Below are positions 37,527-50,945 of a DNA stretch of 64,000 nt, piece by piece. How positions within the stretch are numbered: the stretch's first letter is position 1; each line of letters opens with the position of its first letter. A program made the translations under genes and the position numbers. Source of the DNA: Yuukianura sp. NJ FZ-2021 (lineage: Eukaryota); contig CM102288.1 in assembly GCA_046563655.1 (NCBI GenBank), positions 6,386,001 to 6,450,000 on the forward strand, written 5' to 3'. The notes below the pieces were generated by a model. That model was not told where the DNA came from, did not search any database, and saw only the letters and a list, made by a program, of their open reading frames with translations.

Positions 37527-39096
37527 ATGTATAAAACAGAAGTGTATGTGTTGTTAGTTGTGTTTGGATGTGTAAAAGCCAACTACTGGATTCGTCAACC
37601 TCAGGTCACGAGAGGTCAAGGGTCAAACCAACTTTCAGCAACTGCTTCAACTCCAGATTCTACTGAAGTTTATGCAACTGCCCTACTTGCACATCTACAA
37701 CCAGGCTTTGTGACAGAAGTTTTGGAATCTTACGACAGAATGTGCAGAAGACGAGGATTCACACTTGACCTCCGCCAAACGGTAAGTCAAGGTCATTGAC
37801 CTTTCACTTTTACGATCATTCCTATGATTAACAAGTTTAAAAGTGGAGGGAGTAACTAACTTTTAGTGCAGCTACTTTTTCTGTATTTCTGAGATAGTTA
37901 CTCCCTCCGTTTTTAAAAACTCCCAATTTTGGTTTTGATGGATCATTGATTGAAGTTGAAAAGTGGTGGGAGTAACAAGCGTTTAGTTTAAATACTGTTT
38001 TTGTGTTTCTGAGGTATAGTTACTCCCTCCATTTTTAAGAACTGTCTTTTACCCTCATTTCATTAATCACTGAAGTAAAGTGGAGGGAGTAACCAACTTC
38101 AGACTTAGCCAACTTGTGTTCTCTGTGTTTCTGGGGTAGTTACTCCCTCCATTTTTAATAGCTTTGACTTTTTGTGCAGAAGCGCCAAGTTGAAGTTTGT
38201 TCTGAGACGTATGTGCGGGAGTTTGTGGATGTTTTGACGTCGTTTCCGGACAAGGAGAGACAGATGACGAAGTTTGCTCTGTACAAAATCACCAATGGAA
38301 TCACAGAGTTTGTCTCTCTGTCTCCCAGGTGACTAAAAGTAATTAGAGGTAATTACAAGTAATTACATGTAATTATTAATGTAATTACCAGGGAGGCGCA
38401 TGCGCTGAAGGCTCAACTCGTGACGCCCCTCTGCACATTCCTGGATCAGTTTGTGTCCTGCATTACTCCGCAGGACGAAGACGACGTTGCTGAGTGCATT
38501 TCTGAAGTGGATAGGAAAGGAATAGAGTACGTCAACCAGGCCCTCAAGTCTACTTGTGCCAGTGATGGAATGCGCATAGTCGGTAATCACAAATTACATC
38601 ATTTATGTACGAAATACATCATTTATGTACGAAATACATCATTTATGTACGCAATACATAAATATGCTAACAATACATGAAATTGAATGTATTTGTTCTT
38701 TTTTGTGTAAGAGTTCCTGGGTTCTGGTGGTTTCGGCTGTATGGAGCACTACAACCAGGAGTGGGCAGAATGCCATAGGCTAGAACTCACCGATGTACAG
38801 ACGATGGAACAACTCTGTCGGTAAAAACCCACTATATTCTATTATATATTATATTATGTTTTATATTTTATATTATATTTTATAGTATTTTGTATGTGGA
38901 GCATGCCTGTGCAAGACAAATGATCAAGGCTTGTCCTGATCCCAGACCCTCAGCCATTTTGACGACTGTCCTCAAGGAAGTAGACAAGTGGACAAATGAG
39001 ACATGCGCTCAACAGTTCTTAAATTGGCCAAATGCAGGCGCCAACTTGGACCACAACTTGATGCTCCTCTTCATGTCCTTCCTTTTCCTAATTTGA
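37527..39096 (+). CDS. Secreted, probably GPI-anchored cysteine-rich protein of unknown function, multi-exon
   Basis: Signal-like MYKTEVYVLLVVFGCVKA, regularly spaced Cys in helical-looking exons, hydrophobic C-terminus LMLLFMSFLFLI*. Internal splice sites partly uncertain. Confidence 0.6.
37839..38155. repeat. Three tandem hairpin units (AAGTGGAGGGAGTAAC...GTTACTCCCTCC) in an intron
   Basis: Three ~120-bp units, each with a ~13-bp inverted arm. The same motif recurs at 56030-56330. Confidence 0.75.
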
Positions 39097-39345
39097 ATCT
39101 CCTTACCGTCTTTCCAACTTCTCAAAAAACGGAGTCTTCCTTAATTAAACTAATTAGTTTAATTAACTAATTTTAACTAATTTAATTTACTGCAATGATG
39201 TGATAGTGGGACAATAATACAAAAAGTGGTGCTGGCATTCTCTACTCTCAGTATAATAAACAAATTTCCTAACTGACTCAACATTTACGTTTTTGCATAA
39301 ATTTTACATGAAGTTACATAAATTTACATCAATTACATAAATATG

Positions 39346-41869
39346 TTAAGGCGCTGCTGGGCATGTGCAGTTGCCAGTTGGAGCTGAACTTTTCGTTTGG
39401 TTGAACTGGATGATGACGATGGAAAATGTGAAGACCAGACCCAGGATCTACCAGAACCACAGTTTTTCAAAAAACAACGAAAAAAACGAATTTCAGTTTC
39501 GAAATTTTGAAATTAAACTTTTTACCGCCCCCAAGAAGTCTGGAGTGAGTTTGACCAGTCCAAGAGTGGTGATGCTGATTTCCCTCTGAGACATGCTGTA
39601 CAAAAATACTGCCACTTGATTCTCACTCATCTCCTCAAATTTCCTGCCCAGTATGAGCCAATCTTCAAAAATTGCAGTACTCTACAAAAAAAAACAAATA
39701 CATTAAAAATTAGTTATATATTTTTATGTATTTATGTAAGTAAGTTTGATGTCATGATGTAACCTTGGTGACGACGAGTGAAGCTATGGTCAAGTAGCCC
39801 ATCCCAACCGTCCCGTGCATCAAGTTGATGAGAAATGTGAAGGGCGTCTCTGGCTGGAAAATGGAGGGAACGCTGAATGCCAAGGCCAAAATTTGGCCAA
39901 ACACGCCGCCAAAAGTGGCCAAATTGAGAGCTGTGTCATGGAGGCCACAGACATGCTTCAATCTACCGTAGTAGTCAATTCCCTCAAAAAATTAAACACA
40001 AATTAGAAAAACTATTAAAATAAACTAAGTTATGTAAAGTAGGTGCTTACTTCGTGGACAGATCGATGCTGAAGTTTGCGTTGCATTTCGCCTAGTAGGG
40101 TCATAATTACCATCGCTGCAATTTGCAATAAAATTAGTGAATTGCAAGAAAACACAAATTATGTAGTAACAATAATTATACAGACCGGCAGACAGACAGA
40201 CACAAAAGAAATCACACAGTAGCTTTTGTTACTTAAAATTTCCGACAGACAGGCAGACAGACAGAAATGAATGAAATCATACAGTAGCTTTTGTTACTTA
40301 AAATTTCCGACAGACAGGCAGACAGACAGAAATGAATGAAATCATACAGTAGCTTTTGTTACTTAAAATTTCCGACAGACAGGCAGACAGACAGAAATGA
40401 ATGAAATCATACAGTAGCTTTTGTTACTTAAAATTTCCGACAGACAGGCAGACAGACAGAAATGAATGAAATCATACAGTAGCTTTTGTTACTTAAAATT
40501 TCCGACAGACAGGCAGACAGACAGAAATGAATGAAATCATACAGTAGCTTTTGTTACTTAAAATTTCCGACAGACAGGCAGACAGACAGAAATGAATGAA
40601 ATCATACAGTAGCTTTTGTTACTTAAAATTTCCGACAGACAGGCAGACAGACAGAAATGAATGAAATCATACAGTAGCTTTTGTTACTTAAAATTTCCGA
40701 CAGACAGGCAGACAGACAGAAATGAATGAAATCATACAGTAGCTTTTGTTACTTAAAATTTCCGACAGACAGGCAGACAGACAGAAATGAATGAAATCAT
40801 ACAGTAGCTTTTGCTGCTTAAAATTTTAGACGGACGGGCAGGCAGACAGACAAAGATGAATGAAATGACACAGTAGCTTTCTCAACTTAAAATTTGTAAA
40901 TGTGTGTAATTTGAGTGGTGACCTGCCGTGATAATGAGTGATTGAGATGCTACGTATACTGCAAAGTACTGCAACTCCGTGCAGATCAGAATGAGTATCT
41001 TGATCATCCTGGCTGTATCTGAGTTGAAACTGATGAAAGGTATGAGATCAAGGAAGAGCAAGTAGTGGATGTCTTCGTAGTGCAGATGCCAAATCTCCTC
41101 CAAGTTATAGCCAACAGTCACTACTCCGCAAGCAATCATCGCAATTCCATACAGCACAGTCACCATTCCTCCCGCCTACAAAAATAGAACGCAGTCTAAA
41201 AGTCTACTTTTTTCAAAAAAGTTAGCATACATTTCAAAAGTGAGTCACATGTTTGTTGAAGTTGGTTCTTTTGATGTTGAACGTAGTGAGTTGGTTGTAG
41301 TAGTAGTTGATGAGTGTTTGGAATTCATTGGCGTAGAACCAAGACGTCACTAAATAGGACATTCCGAGCACAAGTTCCCCAAAGGACAGCCCGATGCTGA
41401 AATAAAGCAGCTCCGTCTTTTTTGCTTCAGTGCTCGGAACGCGTGCTCCCCCGCCAGCATAAAAACGCAAGTACGAAAACAAGTTCAGCACAACACACAC
41501 GTTCATCACCACGCAACATCCCTACGAACAAAAAAAATGGAGGAAGTAACTATTGCACAGACCCATACACGAATTAATATGAAATGATTTTCAGCCAAAA
41601 TTTTTATAACTTTTTTTTTGAAAAGACTGTTTAGTTTTTGAATAAAAGTTTGGCAAATGCCGTACCTGCTGGAGGATATTTGTGTGAACGGTGTAGCGAC
41701 GAGTTTGTTCGTTGAAAGTGAATTTGAAGGGGCAGAGGGCGGTGTAGTAGAAAAAACGAAAGTACTTGACTAGCGCAAACCCAGGGTTCAGAAACTCCTG
41801 TTTCGACATGCACCTTTGCTCAAAATCTTTGCTTGACGCTTGCAGAAATGATAGCCCCTTGGAATTCAT
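39346..41869 (-). CDS. Gustatory-receptor-like 7TM chemoreceptor, multi-exon (one junction unresolved)
   Basis: N-terminal FFYYTALCPFKF, several TM helices, GIDYYGRLKHVC, and GR C-terminal signature ...ELTPDFLGA-ILGLVFTFSIVIIQF. The start and the acceptor near 40160 are uncertain. Confidence 0.75.
40180..40880. repeat. 65-bp minisatellite, ~11 copies, intronic
   Basis: Unit ACAGACAGGCAGACAGACAGAAATGAATGAAATCATACAGTAGCTTTTGTTACTTAAAATTTCCG starts at 40245, 40310, 40375 ... 40765; edge copies are degenerate. Confidence 0.95.
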
Positions 41870-42475
41870 GTCGAAAGTTAGTAAGAAGGTTAGCATAACA
41901 TAATAGTCGAAACGTAGTTACATAAGTTATGTAAATAAGTTATGTACCGGACGCTTCCCACTTTCTAATGCTGCTCTGGAAGGCTGTCCCAGCACCTTCC
42001 GATTTCTGTAACCAACTAAACATTTACAGCTCCTTCGCCATCACTTTATAAGAAAAACGAAGTTGCCAAACAGCGTTTTTGAGCTGACCTTGGAAATTTG
42101 TTTCAACAGAACATTCATATTTTATTTGTGTTTTAGATATTCCATGTTTCTGTTCAAATATTGTTGTAAATCCAAGCCAAAGTGAAAGGAAATGCATCAA
42201 TCACTCAACTTTCTCTTTTTTTAGGTTTGGAGTTTTGAATTTTGAGGACAATTGGCGCGTTCTGTGATTGATTGGCCCTTATTTAAAGGATGTTCCAGGA
42301 AAAACTATTTTTTTGTGTAGTGATATGACGTGAGGGGATTTTGGCCTCAATTTCCAGTGGAAGTGGTTTGTAAACTTCCCTTTCAATAGCATTATTCTTC
42401 TAATTCCAGAGTTCCATGTCTTCATAATTCCGTTTGCTTAGTAAGTCCTCCTGGAACCTCTTCAATTTGTGCCAA

Positions 42476-45400
42476 ATGAGGGAGTCCCTTTGTCTCGTAT
42501 GGCTTTTACTTGGTGAATTGTTTGCCCAGAGGTGTGGTGACACTCCATTGTTACGCATGTCAACTGCTACTTCAGCAAATGGCAACACAAATGGCAACGC
42601 AAACGGCAACAGGACGGACTTTGGAGTGGCTACAGAGGACGGGCAACACTTGTACTTTAGAAAACCCACTGCCGTCTACCTCCATTGCACAGCAAACAGA
42701 CCAATTCAATTCAAAGTTACAACGGTCGTAGTAAGTAAAACAAAAAACGCCACAAAAACTAAAAACAAAACAGTCCACAAAAAACTGAAAAAAGGCAGAA
42801 GAATTAAAAAAAACAGGCAGAAAAAAACTAAAAAAAAAAAACAGAAGAATTAAAGAAAACACACACAAAAAACTGAAAAAGAGGCCAAAACAAAAAATGC
42901 CACAAAAACTAAGACCGAAACAAAAAAGGCCAAATATTTTACGTTTTGATTGAATTGATTTCAGGCGAGTCCAGTGGATGAGGTGTATTTTTCTAGAGAT
43001 GTGGTGGATTTGTTTAACAGCGACACCTATTGCTACAACGCCACTTTCAGAGCAGGACCTTCATTCGAGGTTACTGGCAAATACACTTGCTCAATCATCC
43101 AGGACACAACAGTCTCCACTTCAGTCTTTCTGTTCATCAACAGTAACCAAACATAAAATTACATCAACTTACATAAACTTACATCAAAGCATTTTGGCGC
43201 TATTTTTGAAAATGTTAGGTGAGAACGGCACTGTTTTGCTGAACGACGGTCTGCAGACGCTTGTGCCTGGAGTTCCAGACGACAGTGGGTGGATCACCGT
43301 CCCTTGCGTTGCCACCTCTCCTGCAGCCACCCCAATCATCTCAGCTGCCAATCTACTCAGACATTCTTTCGTAAATAACATAAAAACCGTTTTACATCAT
43401 TACATAAATTACATAATGTAATTTCGACCATGAATGAACTTTTATGTAAGCCTAGGCGGCGAAGGCGCTGGAGCTGAAAGACGATGCCGTTGCGTACGTG
43501 CCAGGAATTGGATTTCGACTCAAAGCACTTGCACCTTCACCACATTGCTGCTCACAGCAGTACATTTGCGAACTCAAGAAAAATGGAGACGACACTCTAC
43601 AGGACTCATCCACCACCATCATCCTGGACAAAACACAAGGTATTCATCTAATACTTACATCAATTATATCCAGCAAGGTTCCTTTAGAAACGAATAGTTT
43701 TTCTTTAACAGGTTAGGCAATAAGTCCCCTTTTTCCAAAAATTTTTGCTGCAAACATTTTCTTCCCCTTGTTTACCGCTTTTTTTCTGCGAAAATTTAAA
43801 AGGTTGCACCAACCGGAACGTTTGAAATGAAGAAGAAAAAATAAGTTGGGAGAAAAAACTTGTAGGGAAACGAGAGTTGCCGATATGCGTTTTAATTTTT
43901 AGAATTTCGAAGAGGAAAAAATTAAAAAAGGCGACTTATTGCCTAACCTTCTAAGGGAAGACTATTTTCTTGTTTCCAAACCTTGATATCATATCATGTA
44001 AACTGACTCATGTGACGTTTGTTTTGATGTAGCCGTGAGTGGAAAAGTGTTTTCCCGCGTGGATCCGTCTGACTACGTCTTAGGCCATAACGCAGGAACG
44101 GAAACTAAGCGAAGAGTGCTCCAGTCCAGCCATGTCACTCTTTCGTGCGAATCCAACGTCCCAGTGACATTAGAAGTCAAAGACAAACACAGATTTGAGC
44201 ATTTCAAACAATTTAGCACAATTCACAACTCTTTCTACGAACACAAAGTAATCCTGTCCGGAACTGCGAGGGAAGTACGACAGATGGAGGTGAGCTGCGA
44301 AACAGTGGCTACACCGCAACTAATACTCCACAAGTGGAGTCTCACCACTGTTTCTATGCGAGGTTAACATTTTTACATAAGTTACATAACATTACATAAT
44401 TATGTAAGTTATGTAAGTTGCATAAATGTGTCACTTTACCCCAGAGTTCTTCCCGACGGCGGGAATTCATTTTGTGCATGGGAAGCGCTACCGCCCCATC
44501 ACTTGCTACTCTTCAACTGAAAAAGGGCCGTCCATCGCCATCATCCGGTGCGATGACGTCATCAACTGCGCAATCGCTCAGTCTTTTGCTCACGACATTC
44601 TCAAAGTAAGAAATTATCAGTACCGTAAAACTTCCAATACAAGCCGGGTCTACCGAAAACTAAACAAAAATCAGAAATAAAAGATAGATTAAGAGGGAAA
44701 TATACACGCCCCGGCATCTATTAGAAGTTTTACGGTATTTCAGTCGTTTGGTAAATGTTTTGTGTTTTGTTTGTAGCCTGTTGAGGGTGACCAGCGGAAG
44801 TTCCCTTACCAGATCATTTCAGGGCCTCCGTTCTGCGTCAAGGACAGAGCAGACCCCTCCACTCTCGGATGTGCAGAACTCTCTCCTCTTCCGTAAAAAA
44901 TGACACTTTTTTACGTTTTACGTTTTTACGTTTTTTACGTCAAGATTCGGTGTGTCCTAAACCTCTGATTTTGCAGATGGAGCAGACGCGGAATCGTCAC
45001 CTGCTACGAGGAACAGAGCGGTCAAAAAATTGTTTACGCCCCAAAAAGCTTCATGACTGGCGTCAACGACACTATTGGTAGGTCAGTTTTTGTTGAAGGT
45101 ACAGTCCAGGTCAAAGTGTTTCGGTTAAAGGCAGGATTTGAGTTCTAACTATCATCAAGAAAATTTTTTTAGCAATTCCCCAATGATAGATTTCACAAAG
45201 ATGATTCAGAATTTTGATCATTTCAGTGGAACTTCCGGCGCATGCGTGGGAGGAGGCTGGACGGGGCACGAACGATACTTCTGTGCTGGAACTTTCTACT
45301 GGAAGTGATGTTTTGTATGTAGACGAAGTGCTGACTGTAGGCTGCAACGCTTCTTATGGAGTGTTCAGTATGGGCATTCAGCTCATGTTCCAACTCAAGA

Positions 45401-47048
45401 ACCACACCAATCTCACCATCCTAGACTGTAAGCAACTTTGACCTTTGACCTTTTGACCTCAGTTTACAACTTGTCTCATTTCTTTTGAAAAGTTGGGAGC
45501 TTAGGGTTCGTTGAGCACTTGGAGAAGGACGTCATCACGTACAAAGGTCAAGTGAAGATTGAGGACGAGCAGATTCAAAGGATTTGGTGTTTTGCACCGA
45601 TTTGGAATTCGGGCAACTGGAGGAGGGTCTACCGCGATATCACTGTCCAAGGTTACACAAATTTCAAAAATATGAGAAATTTCAAAATTCTTAGAATTTT
45701 GAAGTATGTTTTGAAATTGAGATGTTTTCGGACAGTGGGCCATCGGAGTGTGATTACAAACGAGTCAGTGGTAGATCATATCCACTTGTCAATAGGAGAG
45801 GAAGGACGTTTTCTAACGTGCGAAGTGATCGGAGGTGAACCTGATCCGGTGATTAGGTGGACGAAAGATGGCGAAGTAAGTATTTTTTTAAGCAAACCGC
45901 AGCTGAATCCGCATTCAGCTTTTTAGGCAGAGCCACTTACAGTTTTCATGAATAAGTAGAGAAAGCTACTTTGTGAAACTTTGTATGTCTGTCTGTCTGT
46001 CTTCTGTCGTTTGCTTTTTCCTGCTAGTTTGTATTCGGCTGAATTGAATTTCGCAGGATTTGTTTGTTTTTTTGTATAGGAAGTGACAAAGGCCAACCAC
46101 AAAGTGAAGTTGATTGAGCAGAATGCAACGACTACTGGAAATATTACTGTGTTGTGGTTTTCTGACATTGTTGGAGCGCATGCGGGAAACTACAGTTGCG
46201 AAGCGTTCAACGTCAAAGGTCTGGCTGTGAAGCAGTTTAAAGTTGAGGTTGCAGGAGGACAATGTAAGCATAACAATTAAACTAGTTTCAACTACGTTAA
46301 TATGTTAAACCAATTTCAACTAAGGTTAAAATGTTAAAAGTTTCAACTCCTGTATTGCCTTTAGATTCAGACTGGATTTACTGGGCGGGTGGAGGTGGTG
46401 CAATTTTGGTGATTTCAGGAATTATCATCTGCATCCTCTTGAAGCTGCTTAGAAATCGAAGAGTACGTTTCAAGGAAAAACAGAAACTTTCTTTTAAAAA
46501 AATCGTTTTTCAACAAGTTTTTCTTTTCTTGAAAAATCGTTATAAAAATCATTAAACATTTCTTGTATTTCTTTTGGGTAGCACATAATTGAGAAATTGT
46601 CGGATTTGGAAATCCACGAGTTTCAGTACGGAAACCAGAGTTTGGCTACGAAATTCGCAGAACTGAACGAAAACGCTCGATACTTGCCTTACAAAGAGGA
46701 TTTTGAAATCCCAAAAGCCAAACTGGAATTCAGTGAGTAAATTTTATATTTTTTCATTTTTCATGTTTCATTTATTCTGCTGTTTCTGGCAGGCTTTTCA
46801 GAATAAGTATTAATGATAGTTTTAATAGCTTGTAATTAATATTAGCCAATATATTTAGCGTATATGTATCAGTTGTAATTTAAAGAAAGGTGCGTATATT
46901 AACCGTTACTAGGATTATTGTTGAGAAGTGGAGTTTTTAAATGGTATTTTTAAAAATGTTGTAAAATTATGTTTTGTTTTTTTAAATTTGTGATATATTA
47001 TGACTTACTTATTATATTATATTATATTATAAAAATATATATTTAAAT

Positions 47049-47080
<32 letters not shown>

Positions 47081-48797
47081 CCAAAGTTACGTAAACTAGC
47101 TCTCACTAATTAATCAAAACTTTTGGTGAGGCCTATCTAAAACGCTGATTGCGGATTCCGCTGACGTTTAGAAATAACGTATTTAAATATGTAGATTTGA
47201 ATAACTTTTAAATATGTAATTATATAAATATATAATTATATAAATATATAAATATGTAAATATGTAAATATATATTTTGTTTAGGGGAGGATGAAGTTCT
47301 GGGTGCCGGGGCGTTTGGATTGGTGATCAAAGGTTACTTTACGAAGCATTCTGAGCGAATTCCGGTGGCAATCAAGACAGTGCGATCCAATGCTGATATT
47401 GGGCAACTGAGGAATTTACTTTCTGAGATCAAGATCCTCATGTACATTGGTCAGCATCCCAACATCATTGGTCTGCTAGGGGCACTTACAAGGGACCTCC
47501 GAGATGGTACTTACAAAAATTTCACACAAAAAAATGAAATGTTTTGAAAATTTAAAATTTTGATTTTTGAAAAATTTTGAAAATTTTTTACAACAGGAAA
47601 ACTGCATGTGGTGGTTGAGTACTGCGCTCACGGGAATTTGCTTTCTTTTTTACGCGAGTCTCGTCAAACTTTTGTCAATCAAATTTCCAGTGGCGGAAAA
47701 TTTGATTTTAGAAAAACGTCAACTCCAAGCACAAAGTAAAAAGTTTAAAATTTTGAAAATTTTGGAAATTTTAAAGTTTAAACTTTTTAGACTTCGACCT
47801 GCAAGTAACTTTTCCACGACATCGTGGAAACTGGATGATTTTCTGCCAGAATCTCAGGAGCGCAGAAGCAGCTCTTCGTCGGTCAAAAGTCAAGACCTCA
47901 TTACGTGGGCTATGCAAATTGCAGACGGCATGATGTACCTCGGATCAAAAAATGTGAGAAAATCAGTTTTCGAAAAAAAAATGAAAACACACTTTTTGAA
48001 ATTCTTTAGAACTTTGAAATTTTGAAAAGTTTTTGAGTAGAGAGTTAGACTAATCCTCTGATTTTCAGATTCTGATTCTCGGCGACATTTTTTTCTAACT
48101 CTTTTTTTTTCGCTTTTTTCATGTAGGTTATACATGGCGACTTGGCAACTCGGAATCTACTGCTGACGAAGAGTTTTGTGGTAAAAATCACAGATTTCGG
48201 ATTGTCCACTCACCTGTACGATTACACCAACTACATCAAGAAACAAAGGGTAACGATTACTCGATTAAAATGGATTTCCATCGATTTTTAACAGACTTTT
48301 GTTGTAGGATGAGCCAGTGCCGTGGCGGTGGTTGTCGATAGAGGCAATTCGTGACTCTAAATTCTCCATAGCAACGGACGTGTGGGCTTACGGAGTGACA
48401 CTCTGGGAAATCTTCACTCTGGCGGAAGTTCCATACCAAGGATTTTCCTGGGGCAAGGAATTCGTAGACAAACTGTTTTCTGGACTTCGATTGTCACTTC
48501 CGCAATATGCAACGGAAGACATGTAAAGCCTATTTAATTGTAGAAAGTAAAATGTTTTATACTCAAGGGACTTAGCAAGGTCGCTCAAACTGTCGGTTGC
48601 TATACAATCCCGGAATGACAGGAGCACATTAGTATATAATATTTGTTTAACTATCTGTTAATTAACTACTCACTTTACTAATTTGTAGTTTCAGGCAAAT
48701 GGAAAAGTGCTGGGAGCAGGATCCAAGAGACAGAACGTCGTTCAAGGACTGCAGAGACTTCTTCTCCAGTTTGCTCAACTCAACTACTTCCAAGTGA
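42476..48797 (+). CDS. PDGF/VEGF-receptor-like (Pvr family) receptor tyrosine kinase, multi-exon
   Basis: Signal peptide, several Ig-like exons (LTCEVIGGEPDPVIRWTKDG, HAGNYSCEAFN), TM helix, juxtamembrane LPYKEDFEIP, kinase LGAGAFG, VAIK, HPNIIGLLGA, EYCAHGNL, kinase insert, IHGDLATRN, DFG, PWRWLSIE, DVWAYG. Confidence 0.9.
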
Positions 48798-49221
48798 CCT
48801 TTGACCTCTGACTTCAGTGCAACAAGTGTTGCTCAATTGAATCATGTTAAGTTATGGCACGCTAACGTGAACAATCAAGATCAATTTCATAACTGATATG
48901 CCTAAATACAAGTGGAATTGCATTGTGTAGCGATCAAGTACCAAAGCTAAAACGAGATAAACCAACTACAAGGTTAAAAATAAAGTTGAACATGGTGAAA
49001 TTTAACTATAATTTAACATTAGTTATAACAAATGACAAACAAATATCAAAAAAGGCAAATGATTTTGAATTTTTCCAGGGAAATGTGTGGATTTGTAGCT
49101 GATTCATTTCAAATCTATTTTTCGAGGGTCGAAAGTTAGAATTCGAATGACTTACTTTTTTCACTTTTTTTAATTTATTTTTCAGAAGTTTTTTTTTGAA
49201 AATTTTGAAATTTGACATAGG

Positions 49222-49843
49222 TCAAAAGAGTTTAGTTAAAAGTGGGATCATAGCGAGTGTAATGGCTGAGGTCAATGACCCTGCTGAGTTGCATTTGTAT
49301 CCAAAGCAGAAGCATGTTTCCTGGATGAGGTTCCCATCCTCCAGCACAGTCTTCTCACAAACGTCTTCTCTTTTGTCCTCGCAGTTCGCATAGCAGTTTC
49401 TGCTAACTTGCACGTTACGACTAATCGTAATTTTAGACTTCTGACATCCAAATCTGTACTTGGCTACAAAATAAATCAAATTGTTAGATTTTTTCAATTT
49501 TTCAAAATTTTGAAAAAATTCGAAATTTTGGAGTGATATAGCGTACGTTGTACGGTTGAGTCTGGACATGCCAAGTTGTAGTCTATGCCGCAAGTGAGGA
49601 GATGACTTTGATTACGACTGTAACCATCTTTGCAGTCAAAAGTATCCGCAGCTGAGTTACATGAGTAGCACTCCAATTCTACATAAAAATGACATCAAAT
49701 TACATAAAAAAAATTATGTAACTTTGACAAATTTAAGTCAATTTTAAGAGATTTCAGAAAAGTAGGTATGACTAACCTTGACCTTTGACCAGAAGTGGGG
49801 AAGCGGCGAGTACAAAAGCAAAGATTGCGAATACTTTGTTCAT
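49222..49843 (-). CDS. Ly6/three-finger (quiver/sleepless-like) GPI-anchored protein, 3 exons
   Basis: Signal MNKVFAIFAFVLAASPLLVKG, then LECYSC at the mature N-terminus, CFCFGYKCNSA, and a hydrophobic GPI-type tail. Confidence 0.85.
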
Positions 49844-50141
49844 TTTTGGATATTTGAAACCGGTGGCCACGCGGAGACTGGGCAGTAGTGGATTCTTAGT
49901 TGCGGAAAAGTTGCAGCGGCAGTAGCGGAATGCTGCAATTTCCAACTTATCTTATCACCAAAATCACACTTATGCTCAATCTAATCTTCCTCCAGCTCCA
50001 GAACAGCGTTTTTGCAAAAAATCATGTTGTTTTTTTTTTTAAAACAGGGATGCTGAAATCGGTTTGAGCTGCACCTTTGCTAGCATTGCTTGCCAACTGC
50101 TGAGAAGCTACTAATTATTAGTTATTATTAACAATAGTGAA

Positions 50142-50396
50142 ATGAGTTCGGAGTATGAGCGATGGGTTTCCTTCCTTACAATCCTAACTCAGGCTTCCTT
50201 ACTCATCATTTTCCTGACAGTACTGACCAAACTGATTACAACACTGACCAAATTCCTGAATGTGCTGCTCAAATTCATTACGACATTGGGCAAATTCCTG
50301 ACCGTACTGATCAAATTCATGGCCGTATTGATTGTGTTGCTGAGCCTACTGATGACCTTCCTCACACGCATCAACTTCTCCATTAACATCCACTAG
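50142..50396 (+). other. 21-nt periodic low-complexity ORF (heptad repeat); coding frame uncertain
   Basis: Frame 50142 reads LTVLTKL-ITTLTKF-LNVLLKF-ITTLGKF-LTVLIKF. Overlapping frames are also open; AATAAA at ~50513. Confidence 0.35.
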
Positions 50397-50945
50397 ACTT
50401 TAAGTTCAATTTAGCCGCTAATTCCCATGTTTAAAAATTCATTTTCATGCTACTTTTACTTTCTGCTGTTTCAAATTCTTGTTTGCTACCCAAACTTCTG
50501 AGCAATTTATTCAATAAAATAAATATAATTAATTTGTAATTGAGGGGATTAGCTGAAGTGGTTTGTTTCGCAATTGGATTTCAACAAAATCCAATCTAAA
50601 ATGCTAAAATAATCGTTCGTTTTCATCACAACTTTGGAAATGTTGGCACTTGAAGTGTCCATCACCTGACATCACCTGGAATTCTGGAAATCCTGGAAAC
50701 TACTCAATCAATGCCAAGTTTAAAACTACAATTGAGTGACATGTTAACGCAGTTGACAAACTATGTTCAAAATCTGCTAAAAAAACACACTTGAACTTAA
50801 TCAAAATGACGTCAATCAGGGGGAATTTTAGGCTGATTTTATCAATTCATCGTAGCTCACGTACACGTACTGGCACAATTTCAATAAATACTTTTCACCA
50901 CCACAAATCAAGACACACAGTCGCAAAAGTGAAAAAGTCACCAAA

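Noticed and set aside
40180..40880. CRISPR-like regular array
   Set aside because: Units are identical head-to-tail with no unique spacers, the context is a eukaryotic intron, and no cas genes are present.
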